Source: Sphingopyxis sp.
Lineage (GTDB): Bacteria; Pseudomonadota; Alphaproteobacteria; Sphingomonadales; Sphingomonadaceae
Direction of reading: 5' to 3'
Assembly (NCBI RefSeq): GCF_051861155.1
Contig: NZ_JBHYDE010000007.1
Span: 152,596 to 216,595 of the forward strand
Length of the DNA stretch: 64,000 bases
Every line of letters starts with the position of its first letter. Positions within the stretch are counted from its first letter, which is position 1. Shown here piece by piece: positions 18,830-28,959 of this stretch. The notes under the pieces were generated by a model. That model saw nothing but the letters and a program-made list of their open reading frames with translations, was not told the origin of the DNA and did no database searches. The position numbers and the translations under genes were made by a program.

Positions 18830-20461
18830 ATGCACCACCATTGGGGCGAAATGGATCGGCGCCAGCTGATTGCGCTGGGCACCGCGGGCCTCGCGGCGCT
18901 GTCGCTGCCCGGCGCGGCGGCGGCGATGATGGCGCAGGGCTTTACCCATGGCGTCGCGAGCGGCGAGCCGGGGGCGAATTCGGTGCTGCTGTGGACGCGC
19001 TACGCCGCGGCGAACGACACGGTGCTGACCGCCGAATTGTCCGAAACCTCGGATTTCGCGAAAGTTTCCGGCGGCGGCAGCGTGACCGCGACCGGTGATC
19101 GCGATCATACCGCCAAGCTGGTCGTTTCGGGTCTCGAACCCGGCCGCTGGTATTATTATCGTTTTGTCGCCCCCGACGGGACCAGATCGCTGACCGGCCG
19201 CACTCGCACCTTGCCCGCCGGGCCGACCAGCGCCTTCACCCTTGCGCTGTTTTCCTGCTCGAACCTGCCGTTCGGCTGGTTCAACGCCTATGCCCACGCC
19301 GCTGCCCGGCAGGACATCGACCTGGTCGTTCATTCGGGTGACTATCTCTACGAATATCCGGTCGGCGACTATCCCTCGCTCAAACAGGCGGTGCCGGGCC
19401 GCGACATCCAGCCGGCGCACGAGATGGTGGCGCTCGCCGACTATCGCCTCCGCTACGCCGCCTATCGCAGCGACCCCGATCTGGCGCGGCTGCACGCGCT
19501 GTTCCCGATGATCGCCCAGTGGGACGATCATGAAATCACCAACGACAGCTGGAAGGGCGGGGCACAGAATCACAATGAGGGCGAGGGTAGCTGGCCCGAC
19601 CGCGTCGCCGCCGCCGAGCGTGCCTATCGCGAATGGATGCCCGTCGCCGATACGCGCTGGCGCGATTATCAGGTCGGCGACCTTGCGACAATTTTCCTGC
19701 CCGAAACGCGCCTGACCGGTCGCGACAAGCCCTTCGAGGTCGACGAGATCGTGGCGGGCGGCGGCAATACAGCGGCCAGGCTGCGGCAATTCGCCGAAAC
19801 TGCCTATCGTGATCCCGCGCGCCAGATGATGGGCGCCGAGCAGGAAAAGTGGCTGTTCGACGGCTTCGCCGCCTCGACGAAAACGGGCACGCGCTGGCAG
19901 GTGTGCGCGCAGCAGGTGGTGATGGGCAGCCTGTTCACGCCGCCCGAATCAAAGGACTGGTTCGGGGCCACCATGGCCGACAATGTCCGCCGCCGCATCG
20001 AAACCGCGCAGCTTGCCGCCCGGGCCAAGCTGCCGTTCAACTTCGACGCATGGGACGGTTATCCGGCGGCGCGCTCGCGGCTGCTCGCCGCGGCGCAGCG
20101 CGCCGACGCCGACCTCGTCACCCTGACCGGCGACACGCACAACGCCTGGGCGTTTGACCTCAGCGAGGGGGGCCGCGCTGCAGGGATCGAGATCGCCGGG
20201 CAGAGCGTCACCTCGCCGGGCTACGAAGGCTATACGCGCGGCATTTCGGACGACGCGCGGGTGTCGGCGCTGCGCGCCGCCTCGCCGCAGCTCAAATGGG
20301 CGAACACCCAGGATCGCGGTTATGTGACGGTGCAGCTGGCGCGCGAGCGCGTGACCGCGAACTGGCACAGTGTCGAAACGATCCGCACCCACACCCCGGT
20401 GCTGAAGGCGACGCACAGCATGACCGCAGCGCGCGGGCGGCGGAAATACGACGCCGCCTGA
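18830..20461 (+). CDS. phoD: Tat-exported alkaline phosphatase D family protein
   Basis: DRRQLI Tat signal; FTHGVASGEP, GDYLYEY, WDDHE and DAWDGY motifs. Confidence 0.92.
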   Translation: MHHHWGEMDRRQLIALGTAGLAALSLPGAAAAMMAQGFTHGVASGEPGANSVLLWTRYAAANDTVLTAELSETSDFAKVSGGGSVTATGDRDHTAKLVVSGLEPGRWYYYRFVAPDGTRSLTGRTRTLPAGPTSAFTLALFSCSNLPFGWFNAYAHAAARQDIDLVVHSGDYLYEYPVGDYPSLKQAVPGRDIQPAHEMVALADYRLRYAAYRSDPDLARLHALFPMIAQWDDHEITNDSWKGGAQNHNEGEGSWPDRVAAAERAYREWMPVADTRWRDYQVGDLATIFLPETRLTGRDKPFEVDEIVAGGGNTAARLRQFAETAYRDPARQMMGAEQEKWLFDGFAASTKTGTRWQVCAQQVVMGSLFTPPESKDWFGATMADNVRRRIETAQLAARAKLPFNFDAWDGYPAARSRLLAAAQRADADLVTLTGDTHNAWAFDLSEGGRAAGIEIAGQSVTSPGYEGYTRGISDDARVSALRAASPQLKWANTQDRGYVTVQLARERVTANWHSVETIRTHTPVLKATHSMTAARGRRKYDAA

Positions 20462-21382
20462 TCAATAAGGCGGCGTATCCTCGAACTCGGCGAACCAGGG
20501 ATAATCATTCGCAACGCTGACGGTGAAATTGGCGGGGCGTTTTTCGAGGAAGCTCGACACGCCCTCGGCGGCATCGGCGCTGCACCCGCGCGCGAAAATG
20601 GCGCGGCTGTCCCAGCGGTGGGCGCTCATCGGATGCGGCGCGCCGAGCATCCGCCACAGCATATGGCGGGTCAGCGCGACCGACACCGGGGCGCTATGCT
20701 CGGTCAGTTCGCGTGCTTTGGCGATCGCGGCATCGACCAGCGCGCCCGGCGCGTGCACCGACTGGACGAGGCCCTTTTCATGCGCTTCGGCGGCGTCGAT
20801 CAGGCGGCCCGAATAGCACCAGTCGACGGCGTTCTGGATGCCGACGAGGCGTGGCAGGAACCAGCTTGACGCCGCTTCGGGCACGATGCCGCGCCGCGCA
20901 AAGACGAAGCCGTAGCGCGCGGCCTCGCTCGCGAGGCGCGCGTCCATCGACAGTGTCATCGTCGCGCCGATCCCGACCGCGGCGCCATTAATCGCGCCGA
21001 GCACCGGTTTTTTGCAATCGAAGATGCGCATCGACACGCGCCCGCCCGAATCGCGGATCAACGGGTGCGACCAGTCGATCGTGCCGTCCTCGGCGACCGG
21101 GCTCGCCGCCATGCCATCGGGCAGGATCGCCTGCTTGTCGGTGCGCTTGGCATAGTCAAAAGTCGCGGCGCCCTGACCCAGATCGGCACCGGCGCAATAG
21201 GCGCGGTCGCCAGAGCCGGTGAAGATCACCGCGCGCACGCCGTCGTCAGCGTCGCACTCGTCGAGCGCGGCGACGATCTCCAGCATCATTTCGGTGGTAA
21301 AGGCATTCATCCGGTCGGGCCGGTGCAGCGTCAGCAGCGCGATGCCTTCGTGCTTATCGAGGCGAATCTGGTCGAAGCTCAT
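20462..21382 (-). CDS. Crotonase / enoyl-CoA hydratase family protein
   Basis: RPDRMNAF, YCAGADL, AINGAAVGIGATM and RRGIVPE; start trimmed to ATG 21382. Confidence 0.92.
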   Translation of the reverse strand: MSFDQIRLDKHEGIALLTLHRPDRMNAFTTEMMLEIVAALDECDADDGVRAVIFTGSGDRAYCAGADLGQGAATFDYAKRTDKQAILPDGMAASPVAEDGTIDWSHPLIRDSGGRVSMRIFDCKKPVLGAINGAAVGIGATMTLSMDARLASEAARYGFVFARRGIVPEAASSWFLPRLVGIQNAVDWCYSGRLIDAAEAHEKGLVQSVHAPGALVDAAIAKARELTEHSAPVSVALTRHMLWRMLGAPHPMSAHRWDSRAIFARGCSADAAEGVSSFLEKRPANFTVSVANDYPWFAEFEDTPPY

Positions 21383-21441
21383 CTGTCTCTCCCTTGGTTG
21401 CGTGCATCGTTGCAAGCGAGACAGGGGAGTGCAAGCTCTAG

Positions 21442-21457
21442 TTAACGTAAACGTAAG
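21442..21457. promoter_or_regulatory. LiuR-like operator upstream of the crotonase gene
   Basis: TTAACGTAAACGTAAG closely resembles the LiuR palindrome TTTACGTwwACGTAAA; about 60 bp upstream of the crotonase start. Confidence 0.55.
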
Positions 21458-21590
21458 GAGACCGTCGCGATGCCGGGGATGACGCGCCCGACCTTTGCCG
21501 CTATAGGCCGCCCGACCGCCCCGGCGCCGCGCTCGCTCTTGAGTCGCTTTGCCGGGGTCATTCATTTGGTTCCGGCAGAAAGTTTGCACC

Positions 21591-22370
21591 ATGTCCCGTC
21601 GCCGCCAGATCTACGAAGGCAAAGCGAAGATCCTGTACGAGGGCCCCGAACCGGGCACGCTGATCCAATATTTCAAGGATGACGCGACCGCGTTCAACGC
21701 GCAGAAAAAGGGCACGATCAGCGGCAAGGGCGTGCTCAACAACCGGATTTCGGAGCATGTCTTCACGCTGCTTGGCAATATCGGCGTTCCGCACCATTTC
21801 ATCCGCCGCCTCAACATGCGCGAGCAGTTGATCCGCCAGGTCGAGATCGTGCCGATCGAAGTGATCGTGCGCAACGTCGCCGCGGGCACGCTGTCGAAGC
21901 GGCTCGGCATCGAGGAGGGGACGCAGCTGCCGCGCACCCTGATCGAATATTGCTACAAGGACGACGCGCTCGGCGACCCGCTGGTCGCCGAGGAGCATAT
22001 CGCCTGCTTCAACTGGTGCAGCCAGGACGAGCTTCACGACATTCAGGACATGGCGATCCGCATCAACGACTTCATGTCGGGCATGTTCGCCGCGGTCGGC
22101 ATTCGTCTGGTCGACTTCAAGCTTGAATTCGGGCGCCTCTATGAAGGCGACTTCAGCCGCATCATCCTTGCCGACGAGATCAGCCCCGACGGCTGTCGTC
22201 TGTGGGACATGACGACGAACGAAAAGCTCGACAAGGACCGCTTTCGCCGCGACCTCGGCGGCGAAGTTGAAGCCTATCAGGAAGTCGCGCGTCGGCTCGG
22301 CCTGCTGCCGGAGGGCGGCGAGAATGCCGTGCTCGATCTGGAAAGCCACCGGAAGAAAAAGGGTAGCTGA
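21591..22370 (+). CDS. purC: SAICAR synthetase
   Basis: [41 protein letters not shown] and DKDRFR. Confidence 0.98.
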   Translation: MSRRRQIYEGKAKILYEGPEPGTLIQYFKDDATAFNAQKKGTISGKGVLNNRISEHVFTLLGNIGVPHHFIRRLNMREQLIRQVEIVPIEVIVRNVAAGTLSKRLGIEEGTQLPRTLIEYCYKDDALGDPLVAEEHIACFNWCSQDELHDIQDMAIRINDFMSGMFAAVGIRLVDFKLEFGRLYEGDFSRIILADEISPDGCRLWDMTTNEKLDKDRFRRDLGGEVEAYQEVARRLGLLPEGGENAVLDLESHRKKKGS

Positions 22371-22376
22371 CCAGAT

Positions 22377-22466
22377 CGTCGCCCCCGCGAAGGCGGGGGC
22401 CGCAGTCGGTTTACGCGGTGCTGCTGAGCAAAGCCGCCAGCGGCCCCCGCCTTCGCGGGGGCGACG
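22377..22466. repeat. CGTC-tagged REP dimer, family 1, copy 1
   Basis: 27-bp perfect inverted repeat CGTCGCCCCCGCGAAGGCGGGGGCCGC (22377-22403 and 22440-22466) between convergent purC and lox. Confidence 0.9.
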
Positions 22467-22473
22467 CGCTGGA

Positions 22474-24462
22474 CTAGATATTGATGCTGGTCGGGATCAA
22501 ACTCGGCTGCAAATAGGGGTAAGGCTGCATCCGCTCCCCGTTGCGCGCTGCAATCTCGGCCTCGACCCCTACCAGCGCCGCCTGGAACCACGCCAGCGGC
22601 CCCTCGGCCGCGGTCACGCGCGGGTCCTGGAACCATGCGGGATAGGGGAAGGCGTTGCTGCGATAGTCGCCAAGCGGCCGATAATGCACCGACCCCAGCA
22701 GTTCGAGCACATTCAACTGTTCGAGCGCGAGCGCCATCGGCGGCATCATCGCGAGCCAGCCCGCCTTGTCATGGCCGCGCTGCCCATTCGGCGCCGCCTG
22801 CCACCCGGCGCCGGTCACCGCGGGCGCGAACGCCATGATGTCCTTTTGCGGAAAGTTCACCGCGGCATGCTGCGCGCTCGCGGTGAACATCACCATCGTG
22901 CAGATGTCGGCGAGCTGTCCGCGGCTGGTCACCGGCCCGAAGCCCTTGACCTTTGCTTCGCCCGCGAGGCAGGCCGACCATGCGGCGAGTTCGGTGTCGG
23001 CGACGACGTCGGCGTCGCTCGCATAATAAAGGTCGACATATTGCCGTGCCCATTCGTGGATCGCGTTCCACACCAGCAGCGCGTCGTCGCGATAGGGAAA
23101 ATCGGCGAGGGCGGAATCGACCCCGACGCCGCGCGCCGCCAGATCGGCGGGGAGCATTTTGGCATGAAAATCGAACGCCAGCCGCGCGTCGACCGCGGCC
23201 TGTTGGCTCGATGCGATCGTACCCGCGAAAATATGGTCGATCGGGCCATCGGCGGCGATCAGCGAGGTTGCCGCCTGGTCATTGATAAACAATGTCCCCT
23301 CGAAATGCGGGACGAGCAGCGCCCAGACCGGGTGCACCTCGGCCAGATGGCGGTGCGTTGCCACGGCGAAGGCTTCGATCACCAGATGCGTGCGCGCCAG
23401 ATGCGCGAACAATTCGTGATAATTGCCGTCGGCAACCTGCACGACGAGCTTCGCCATTTCCCAGCCCCACAGCCGGTCGGCGGCGGGTGATGGGGTGAAG
23501 ATCGGCCAGTCGGCCGGATCCTGCCCGCATTGGATCGCCACGGGAACCAGCGACGCGCCACCCGGCGGCACCGCGAACAGCGCCAGCGGCTGCCAGGCAT
23601 ATTTGGCCGCGCCGCCATAGGTGCCGGGGTCGAGCACGTCGAGCGGCTGGTAATCGAGCAGGAACAGGCGGCCGTCGGCGAGCGCCGCCGCCAGCGTGTC
23701 GCCGTTCACCACCGCCTGATATTGCGCCTCGGACAGCGGGAATTTGGCGGGCAGCGCGCCGGTGACGGCGGCGATCAGCATCGGGTTCGGCCCCTGCACG
23801 CGCAACCGCGCGAACTCGCTGTCATCCTGGAACATATAGCTGACACCGGGCACGGGCAGCGTGGCGAACAACGCGCGATACGCTTCGATGCTGCGCGGCG
23901 TCTGGCGGCCAAGGCCCGCGGCTTCATCGACCTTCATCAAATCCTCGAGCCGCTCCTTATAGCCGGTCAGCAGCGCGACATGCGCATCGCGCTCGGCCGC
24001 CGCGACAGCATTTTCGACGTCGCCGACGATGCGTTCAAAGATATTGCCGCCGCTGTGGACGCCATGCTCCACCGCGATTTTGGCGGTCGATAGCGCGATC
24101 GCGTCGCATTCGGCCAGCGCGGCTTCATATTGGGCGCGCGGGCTGTCAAGCTCGCCCTTGTCGACGCCGCCGAGTTTGACGGTCAGCGCGTTGCGGACGA
24201 TGTCGAGCCCGACCCCGATCAGGATCGCGAACCAGGCGATCGTTGGTTTATCATTCTTTGGCACGTCGTTGGCGAGCGGCACGCCGGGCAGCGTCGGGAC
24301 GTCGGTCGTCCACTGATAGACCGCCTGCGTTGCCGCCAGCTGCGCGGCGCGCGCCGCCTGCTCGGCGGGCGTGTCCTGCTGCGGCAGCGACGGGTCGGCG
24401 GACGGCATCGGCGCCGCGGGGGCGGGGGTGGCGGGGGTCAGCGGCGGCATCGCATAGGACAT
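22474..24462 (-). CDS. Bacterial lipoxygenase (non-heme iron)
   Basis: Iron-ligand motifs HELFAHLARTH and SAQHAAVNF, C-terminal PTSINI, and FARLRVQGPNP. Confidence 0.93.
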   Translation of the reverse strand: MSYAMPPLTPATPAPAAPMPSADPSLPQQDTPAEQAARAAQLAATQAVYQWTTDVPTLPGVPLANDVPKNDKPTIAWFAILIGVGLDIVRNALTVKLGGVDKGELDSPRAQYEAALAECDAIALSTAKIAVEHGVHSGGNIFERIVGDVENAVAAAERDAHVALLTGYKERLEDLMKVDEAAGLGRQTPRSIEAYRALFATLPVPGVSYMFQDDSEFARLRVQGPNPMLIAAVTGALPAKFPLSEAQYQAVVNGDTLAAALADGRLFLLDYQPLDVLDPGTYGGAAKYAWQPLALFAVPPGGASLVPVAIQCGQDPADWPIFTPSPAADRLWGWEMAKLVVQVADGNYHELFAHLARTHLVIEAFAVATHRHLAEVHPVWALLVPHFEGTLFINDQAATSLIAADGPIDHIFAGTIASSQQAAVDARLAFDFHAKMLPADLAARGVGVDSALADFPYRDDALLVWNAIHEWARQYVDLYYASDADVVADTELAAWSACLAGEAKVKGFGPVTSRGQLADICTMVMFTASAQHAAVNFPQKDIMAFAPAVTGAGWQAAPNGQRGHDKAGWLAMMPPMALALEQLNVLELLGSVHYRPLGDYRSNAFPYPAWFQDPRVTAAEGPLAWFQAALVGVEAEIAARNGERMQPYPYLQPSLIPTSINI

Positions 24463-24583
24463 GGCTTGGCTCCTGTCGGGCGCTTGAAATGGGCCGCCGC
24501 TTGTCGCCGGACATGGTTAATATTTCGCAAGCCATCGACCCGCTCCGTCCCCTTAGGTCCGTGATAAGACGCGGTTTCGATCC

Positions 24584-24599
24584 TTAACCGATGCTTTAC
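24584..24599 (+). promoter_or_regulatory. Candidate CtrA box
   Basis: TTAA-CCGATGC-TTTAC has one mismatch to TTAA-N7-TTAAC and lies just upstream of the diguanylate cyclase. Confidence 0.4.
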
Positions 24600-24615
24600 C
24601 CCTGCTTGCTATCCG

Positions 24616-25767
24616 GTGGCGATGACGGGGGTCTTTAACAGATTGATCACGCGGATCTTTCCGCCGGTTCCGGAGGATATTCGGGACGATGTCGCGATTT
24701 TGCGCGCCAATCGCGTCGAAACGCTGACCCCGATGCTGTTCCTGATGCTGGCGGCGACGACCCCGACCGCCATCTATGCCGGGGTCGCCACGGTGCATCC
24801 GGTGATCCGCATCGGTTTTCCGGCGATCCTGGCGATCGTCGGCGTCCTCGGTTTCCTGTTCCTGATGCACAATCGCGGTCGCCCGATGAGCCCGCGCCGC
24901 GCGCGGCGGATGATCCGCGAAACGAGCTGGGTGTCGGGCATCACCGGGCTGATGTGCAGCATCTGGACGGTGACCAACTGGCTCGCCGCGCCCGCCGCGA
25001 CGCACAGCTATTATGCGATGATCATGGCGATGGGCTCGCTCGCAACCGCCTATTGCCTGTCGTCGATCCGCTTTGCGACCTTTCTCAACCTCGGCGTCGG
25101 GCTGGCGCCGATCGCGCTGCTGATGCTGACGTCGGGGAATCCGCCCGAAATCGCCGCGGGGACCAGTCTGGTGATCGCGACCCTGTTCCTGCTCCGCATG
25201 GTGATCCAGCAGCATGGCCAGGTGATCGACCTGCTCGAACTCCAGCGTCAGATGCGTGAGCTTGCACACACCGATCCGCTCACCGGCCTTGCCAACCGGC
25301 GCGAATTCGACCTCCGGCTCGATCAGGAAATCGCCATGGCGAGCGTTGACAATCCGTTTGCCATCGCGCTGCTCGATCTCAACGGGTTCAAGCCGGTGAA
25401 CGACCAGCACGGCCATGCGGTCGGCGATCTGCTGCTCTGCGAAATCGCCGAACGGCTGCGCCGCGCCTGCGGCCAGCACGCGGTGGTGGCGCGGCAGGGC
25501 GGCGACGAGTTTGCGATCCTCGCCCCCGCCGGCTCGCCGTTGCTTGCGACGTCGCTCGCCGACCATATCCTGTCGGCGCTTGCCGCGCCCTATCGTATCG
25601 ACGACCGTCCGATCCGCGTCGGCGCCAGCATCGGGACCGCGCGCTGGCCCGAGCATGGCCATAGCGCACGCAAGCTGTTCGAAGTCGCCGACACTGCGCT
25701 TTACGCCGCAAAAGCCGCCGATCGCCTCCAGACGTCGTCCGTCGAAAGCGTCGGCAGGGTCGCGTAA
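24616..25767 (+). CDS. Membrane-bound diguanylate cyclase (GGDEF)
   Basis: About 6 N-terminal TM helices; TDPLTGLANRR, DLNGFKPVNDQHGHAVGD and RQGGDEF. Confidence 0.93.
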   Translation: MAMTGVFNRLITRIFPPVPEDIRDDVAILRANRVETLTPMLFLMLAATTPTAIYAGVATVHPVIRIGFPAILAIVGVLGFLFLMHNRGRPMSPRRARRMIRETSWVSGITGLMCSIWTVTNWLAAPAATHSYYAMIMAMGSLATAYCLSSIRFATFLNLGVGLAPIALLMLTSGNPPEIAAGTSLVIATLFLLRMVIQQHGQVIDLLELQRQMRELAHTDPLTGLANRREFDLRLDQEIAMASVDNPFAIALLDLNGFKPVNDQHGHAVGDLLLCEIAERLRRACGQHAVVARQGGDEFAILAPAGSPLLATSLADHILSALAAPYRIDDRPIRVGASIGTARWPEHGHSARKLFEVADTALYAAKAADRLQTSSVESVGRVA

Positions 25768-25809
25768 CCATCGCTTGACCGCTCGCGGGGCGGTGGCCAC
25801 ACCGGTTTC

Positions 25810-28707
25810 ATGACCAAAAGCTTCGTCCGGCGCGCTTCGACCGCCCTGTCGCCCCTCGTCCTTCTCGCCTTCGCCGCTGCGCCGGTCTTCGCCAGAGAAG
25901 CGCCGGGCCCCGCCGCCGCGGCAACGGCAGCGACCAACCCGCAGATCGCCGCAGCCAAAGCCTGGAACTTCGCCGCCAGCGATGTGCCGGTCGACCCCAA
26001 CATCGTCTTTGGCGTGCTGCCCAATGGGATGAAATATGCGCTGCTGCAAAACAGCACGCCCCAGGATAGCGTCGTCCTGCGCATGCGCTTCGACGTCGGC
26101 AGCTTTGCCGAGGCCGACGACCAGCGCGGGCTTGCCCATTTCCTCGAACATATGGCGTTCAACGGGTCGAAGGGCGTGCCCGAGGGTGAGATGATCAAGC
26201 TGCTCGAGCGCAAGGGGCTGGCTTTCGGCGCCGACACCAACGCCTCGACCGGGTTCGACGAGACGATCTACAAGCTCGACCTGCCCAATGCCTCCGACGA
26301 CCTGATCGACACCGGGCTGATGCTGATGCGCGAAACGGGCAGCGAGCTGACGATCGATCCCGCCGCGGTCGACCGCGAGCGCGGGATCATCCTGTCCGAA
26401 CGCCGCGCGCGCGACACCTATCAATTGCGCAGCGTCATCGACCAGCTCGATTTCCAGATGCAGGGGATGAAGGTCGCGAGCCGCATTCCCGTGGGCACCG
26501 AGGAGGTGATCCGCACCGCCCCCGCGGCGCGCCTGCGCGACCTCTACGACCGCTACTACCGCCCCGAACGCGCGACGCTGGTGATGGTCGGCGATTTCGA
26601 CCCGGCGGCGATCGAGGCAAAGATCAAGGCGCGCTTTGCCGACTGGCAGGGGCGCGGCCCGGCGGGCGCCGATCCCGACATCGGCAATGTCGATTATGCG
26701 CGCGCCGCCGCGGCCGACGATTTCATCGACCCCGCGATCCAGGATTCGGTAACGCTGACTGCGTTCAAACCCTGGGTCGAAGAGGCCGACACAAGGGCCA
26801 AGCGCGCCCGCACGCTGGCCGAAGATGTCGGCGAGGGGATCGTCAGCCGCCGACTGGCCAAGATCGCCTTGAACGAGGATTCGCCGATCCTCGTCGGCTA
26901 TTTCGCGGAAGCCGGCGGTTGGAAGGTCTTCGATCAGGTCACCGTCGGCGCGGTCGCCAAGGAGGGCGCGTGGAAAGAGGCGCTGGCGCTGATCGAACAG
27001 GAACAGCGCCGCGCTCTCGAACATGGCTTCACGCAGGCCGAAGTCGACGAGCAGCTGGCGAATCGCCGCACCGCGTTCAAAAATGCGGTCGCCGGGGTAA
27101 GCACGCGGCGCAGCGATGCGCTCGCCGACGCGCTGGTCACCGCGGCAAAGGGCGATTTCGTCTTCGTCCGCCCTGAAACGTCGCAAGCGCTGTTCGAGGC
27201 GACCGCACCGTCGCTCAGCGCCGCTGCGGTCACCGCGGCGTTCCGCACGCGGATGACCGGCTTCGGTGCCCCGCTGGCGCGGGTGACCGCAAAGGCGCCG
27301 ATCGCGGGCGGCCCCGAAGCGATCCTCGGCGCGCTCCGCGCTTCCACCCAGGTCGCGGTGGCGGCACCGACGCAGGCGGCCAATGCCGCCTTCGCCTATG
27401 ACAATTTCGGCACCCCCGGCACAATCGCCAGCGACGACCGGGTCGAGGATCTGGGCATCCGCCGCATCCGCTTTGCCAATAATGTGATGCTCAACATCAA
27501 GAAAACCGATTTCCAGAAGGACACCGTCTATCTGTCGCTGCGCGTCGACGGCGGCAACCTGCTTGCGACGCGCGACGACCCGACCAAGGTCGCGCTGGCG
27601 GGGTCGATGGTGCTCGGCGGGCTGGAGGCGCACAGCGTCGACGACCTGCGCTCGATCCTCGCGGGGCGGACGGTCAACCCCAGTTTTGGCAGCGGCACCG
27701 ACTATTTTGGCGGCACTGCGACCAGCTCGCCGGGCGACTTCGCGCTCCAGGCGAAACTGATGGCGGCGTTCCTGACCCATCCGGGCTATCGCGCCGACGG
27801 GCTCGCGTTGATCCGCCGCGTGCTGCCGCAGCAATATGCCGCGAACGACGCGACCCCGGCGGCGGTGCTCGGTCGCGACGCGGGGGGCATCCTCGCCAAT
27901 GACGATCCGCGCTCGCAGACCCCGCCGCTCGCCAAGCTGATGACCCTCGACTGGGGCCAGCTGAAGCCGGTGGTCGCCGATAGCCTGGCCAAGGGCGCGG
28001 TCGAAATCGGCGTTGTCGGCGACATCGACGAAGCGGCGGCGATCGCCGCGATCGCGGCCACCTTCGGCGCGCTGCCCGAACGCCGCGCCGCCTTCGACCC
28101 GCGCGCCGAGGCGCGCATCCGCGCCTTTGCGGCCGACCGCAGCGAGCGGACTTTGCTCCATAAGGGACCGGTCGAACAGGCCGAGCTGCGCGTCTATTGG
28201 CCGGCACGCGACGACAGCGACCTTGCCGAAGCGATGCGGCTCAACCTGCTGGCGCGGGTGATGCAATTGAAGCTGACCGAGGAGCTGCGCGAAAAGCTCG
28301 GCGAAAGCTATAGCCCCGGCGCTGCGGCCAGCCTGTCGGACGAATTTCCGGGCTATGGCCATCTCTTCGCCGCCAGCAATGTCGATCACAAGGATCTGGC
28401 CACCACGCGCGCCGCGATCTTCGCGATCGCCAAGGAATTGCGCGATGCGCCGGTCGACGCCGACCTGCTCGACCGCGCGCGGCGGCCGCTGGTCGAAGCG
28501 ATGACCAAATCGCGCCGCGAAAACGCCTATTGGCTGAACTATGTCGCCGAGGCGGCCAGCCAGGCCGACCGCCTCGACCGCAGCCGCAAGGGCATCGGCG
28601 AAGTCGAAGCCGCGACGCCCGCGGAGTTGCAGGCGCTCGCGCGCCGCTATCTGGTCGATGACAAGGCGCTGGTGATCAAGGCGGTGAGCGACAAGGCGGG
28701 GAAATAG
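25810..28707 (+). CDS. Exported M16-family zinc metallopeptidase (PqqL/insulinase-like)
   Basis: Signal peptide; GLAHFLEHMAFNG (HxxEH); NASTGFDETIY; duplicated M16 architecture over 965 aa. Confidence 0.92.
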   Translation: MTKSFVRRASTALSPLVLLAFAAAPVFAREAPGPAAAATAATNPQIAAAKAWNFAASDVPVDPNIVFGVLPNGMKYALLQNSTPQDSVVLRMRFDVGSFAEADDQRGLAHFLEHMAFNGSKGVPEGEMIKLLERKGLAFGADTNASTGFDETIYKLDLPNASDDLIDTGLMLMRETGSELTIDPAAVDRERGIILSERRARDTYQLRSVIDQLDFQMQGMKVASRIPVGTEEVIRTAPAARLRDLYDRYYRPERATLVMVGDFDPAAIEAKIKARFADWQGRGPAGADPDIGNVDYARAAAADDFIDPAIQDSVTLTAFKPWVEEADTRAKRARTLAEDVGEGIVSRRLAKIALNEDSPILVGYFAEAGGWKVFDQVTVGAVAKEGAWKEALALIEQEQRRALEHGFTQAEVDEQLANRRTAFKNAVAGVSTRRSDALADALVTAAKGDFVFVRPETSQALFEATAPSLSAAAVTAAFRTRMTGFGAPLARVTAKAPIAGGPEAILGALRASTQVAVAAPTQAANAAFAYDNFGTPGTIASDDRVEDLGIRRIRFANNVMLNIKKTDFQKDTVYLSLRVDGGNLLATRDDPTKVALAGSMVLGGLEAHSVDDLRSILAGRTVNPSFGSGTDYFGGTATSSPGDFALQAKLMAAFLTHPGYRADGLALIRRVLPQQYAANDATPAAVLGRDAGGILANDDPRSQTPPLAKLMTLDWGQLKPVVADSLAKGAVEIGVVGDIDEAAAIAAIAATFGALPERRAAFDPRAEARIRAFAADRSERTLLHKGPVEQAELRVYWPARDDSDLAEAMRLNLLARVMQLKLTEELREKLGESYSPGAAASLSDEFPGYGHLFAASNVDHKDLATTRAAIFAIAKELRDAPVDADLLDRARRPLVEAMTKSRRENAYWLNYVAEAASQADRLDRSRKGIGEVEAATPAELQALARRYLVDDKALVIKAVSDKAGK

Positions 28708-28736
28708 GGGGCGTCAGCTAACGACTGAAGCGAGCC

Positions 28737-28926
28737 GATCCTCCCCCGACGGGGGAGGGGGACCACCCGAAGGGTGGTGGAGGGGCACAGGAGGTTTACG
28801 CGACGCTAGAGGGGAAAACCCCATTTTCGCGAATTTGGTTGTGGGGGCACGACCTGACCGGCAAGGCAAACCGCCTGTGCCCCTCCACCAGCTTCGCTGG
28901 TCCCCCTCCCCGTGCCGGGGAGGATC
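28737..28926. repeat. Large palindromic intergenic repeat, family 3
   Basis: GATCCTCCCC...GGGGAGGGGGACC...GGTGGAGGGGCACAGG (28737-28791) and its imperfect inverse (28874-28926). Confidence 0.8.
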
Positions 28927-28959
28927 GACACCGCCCGCTCCCCACCCCAAACGCGCCGC

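Noticed and set aside
20499-20514. GATAATCATTCGCAA Fur-like sequence
   Set aside because: It lies inside the crotonase coding region (VANDYP), with no promoter context.
24553-28389. 1278-aa minus-strand ORF, and other long antisense ORFs (e.g. 2606-4159, 54436-56910, 56156-58684, 43587-46133)
   Set aside because: They are shadows of well-supported genes on the opposite strand; high GC and codon bias suppress antisense stops, and the translations have no motifs.
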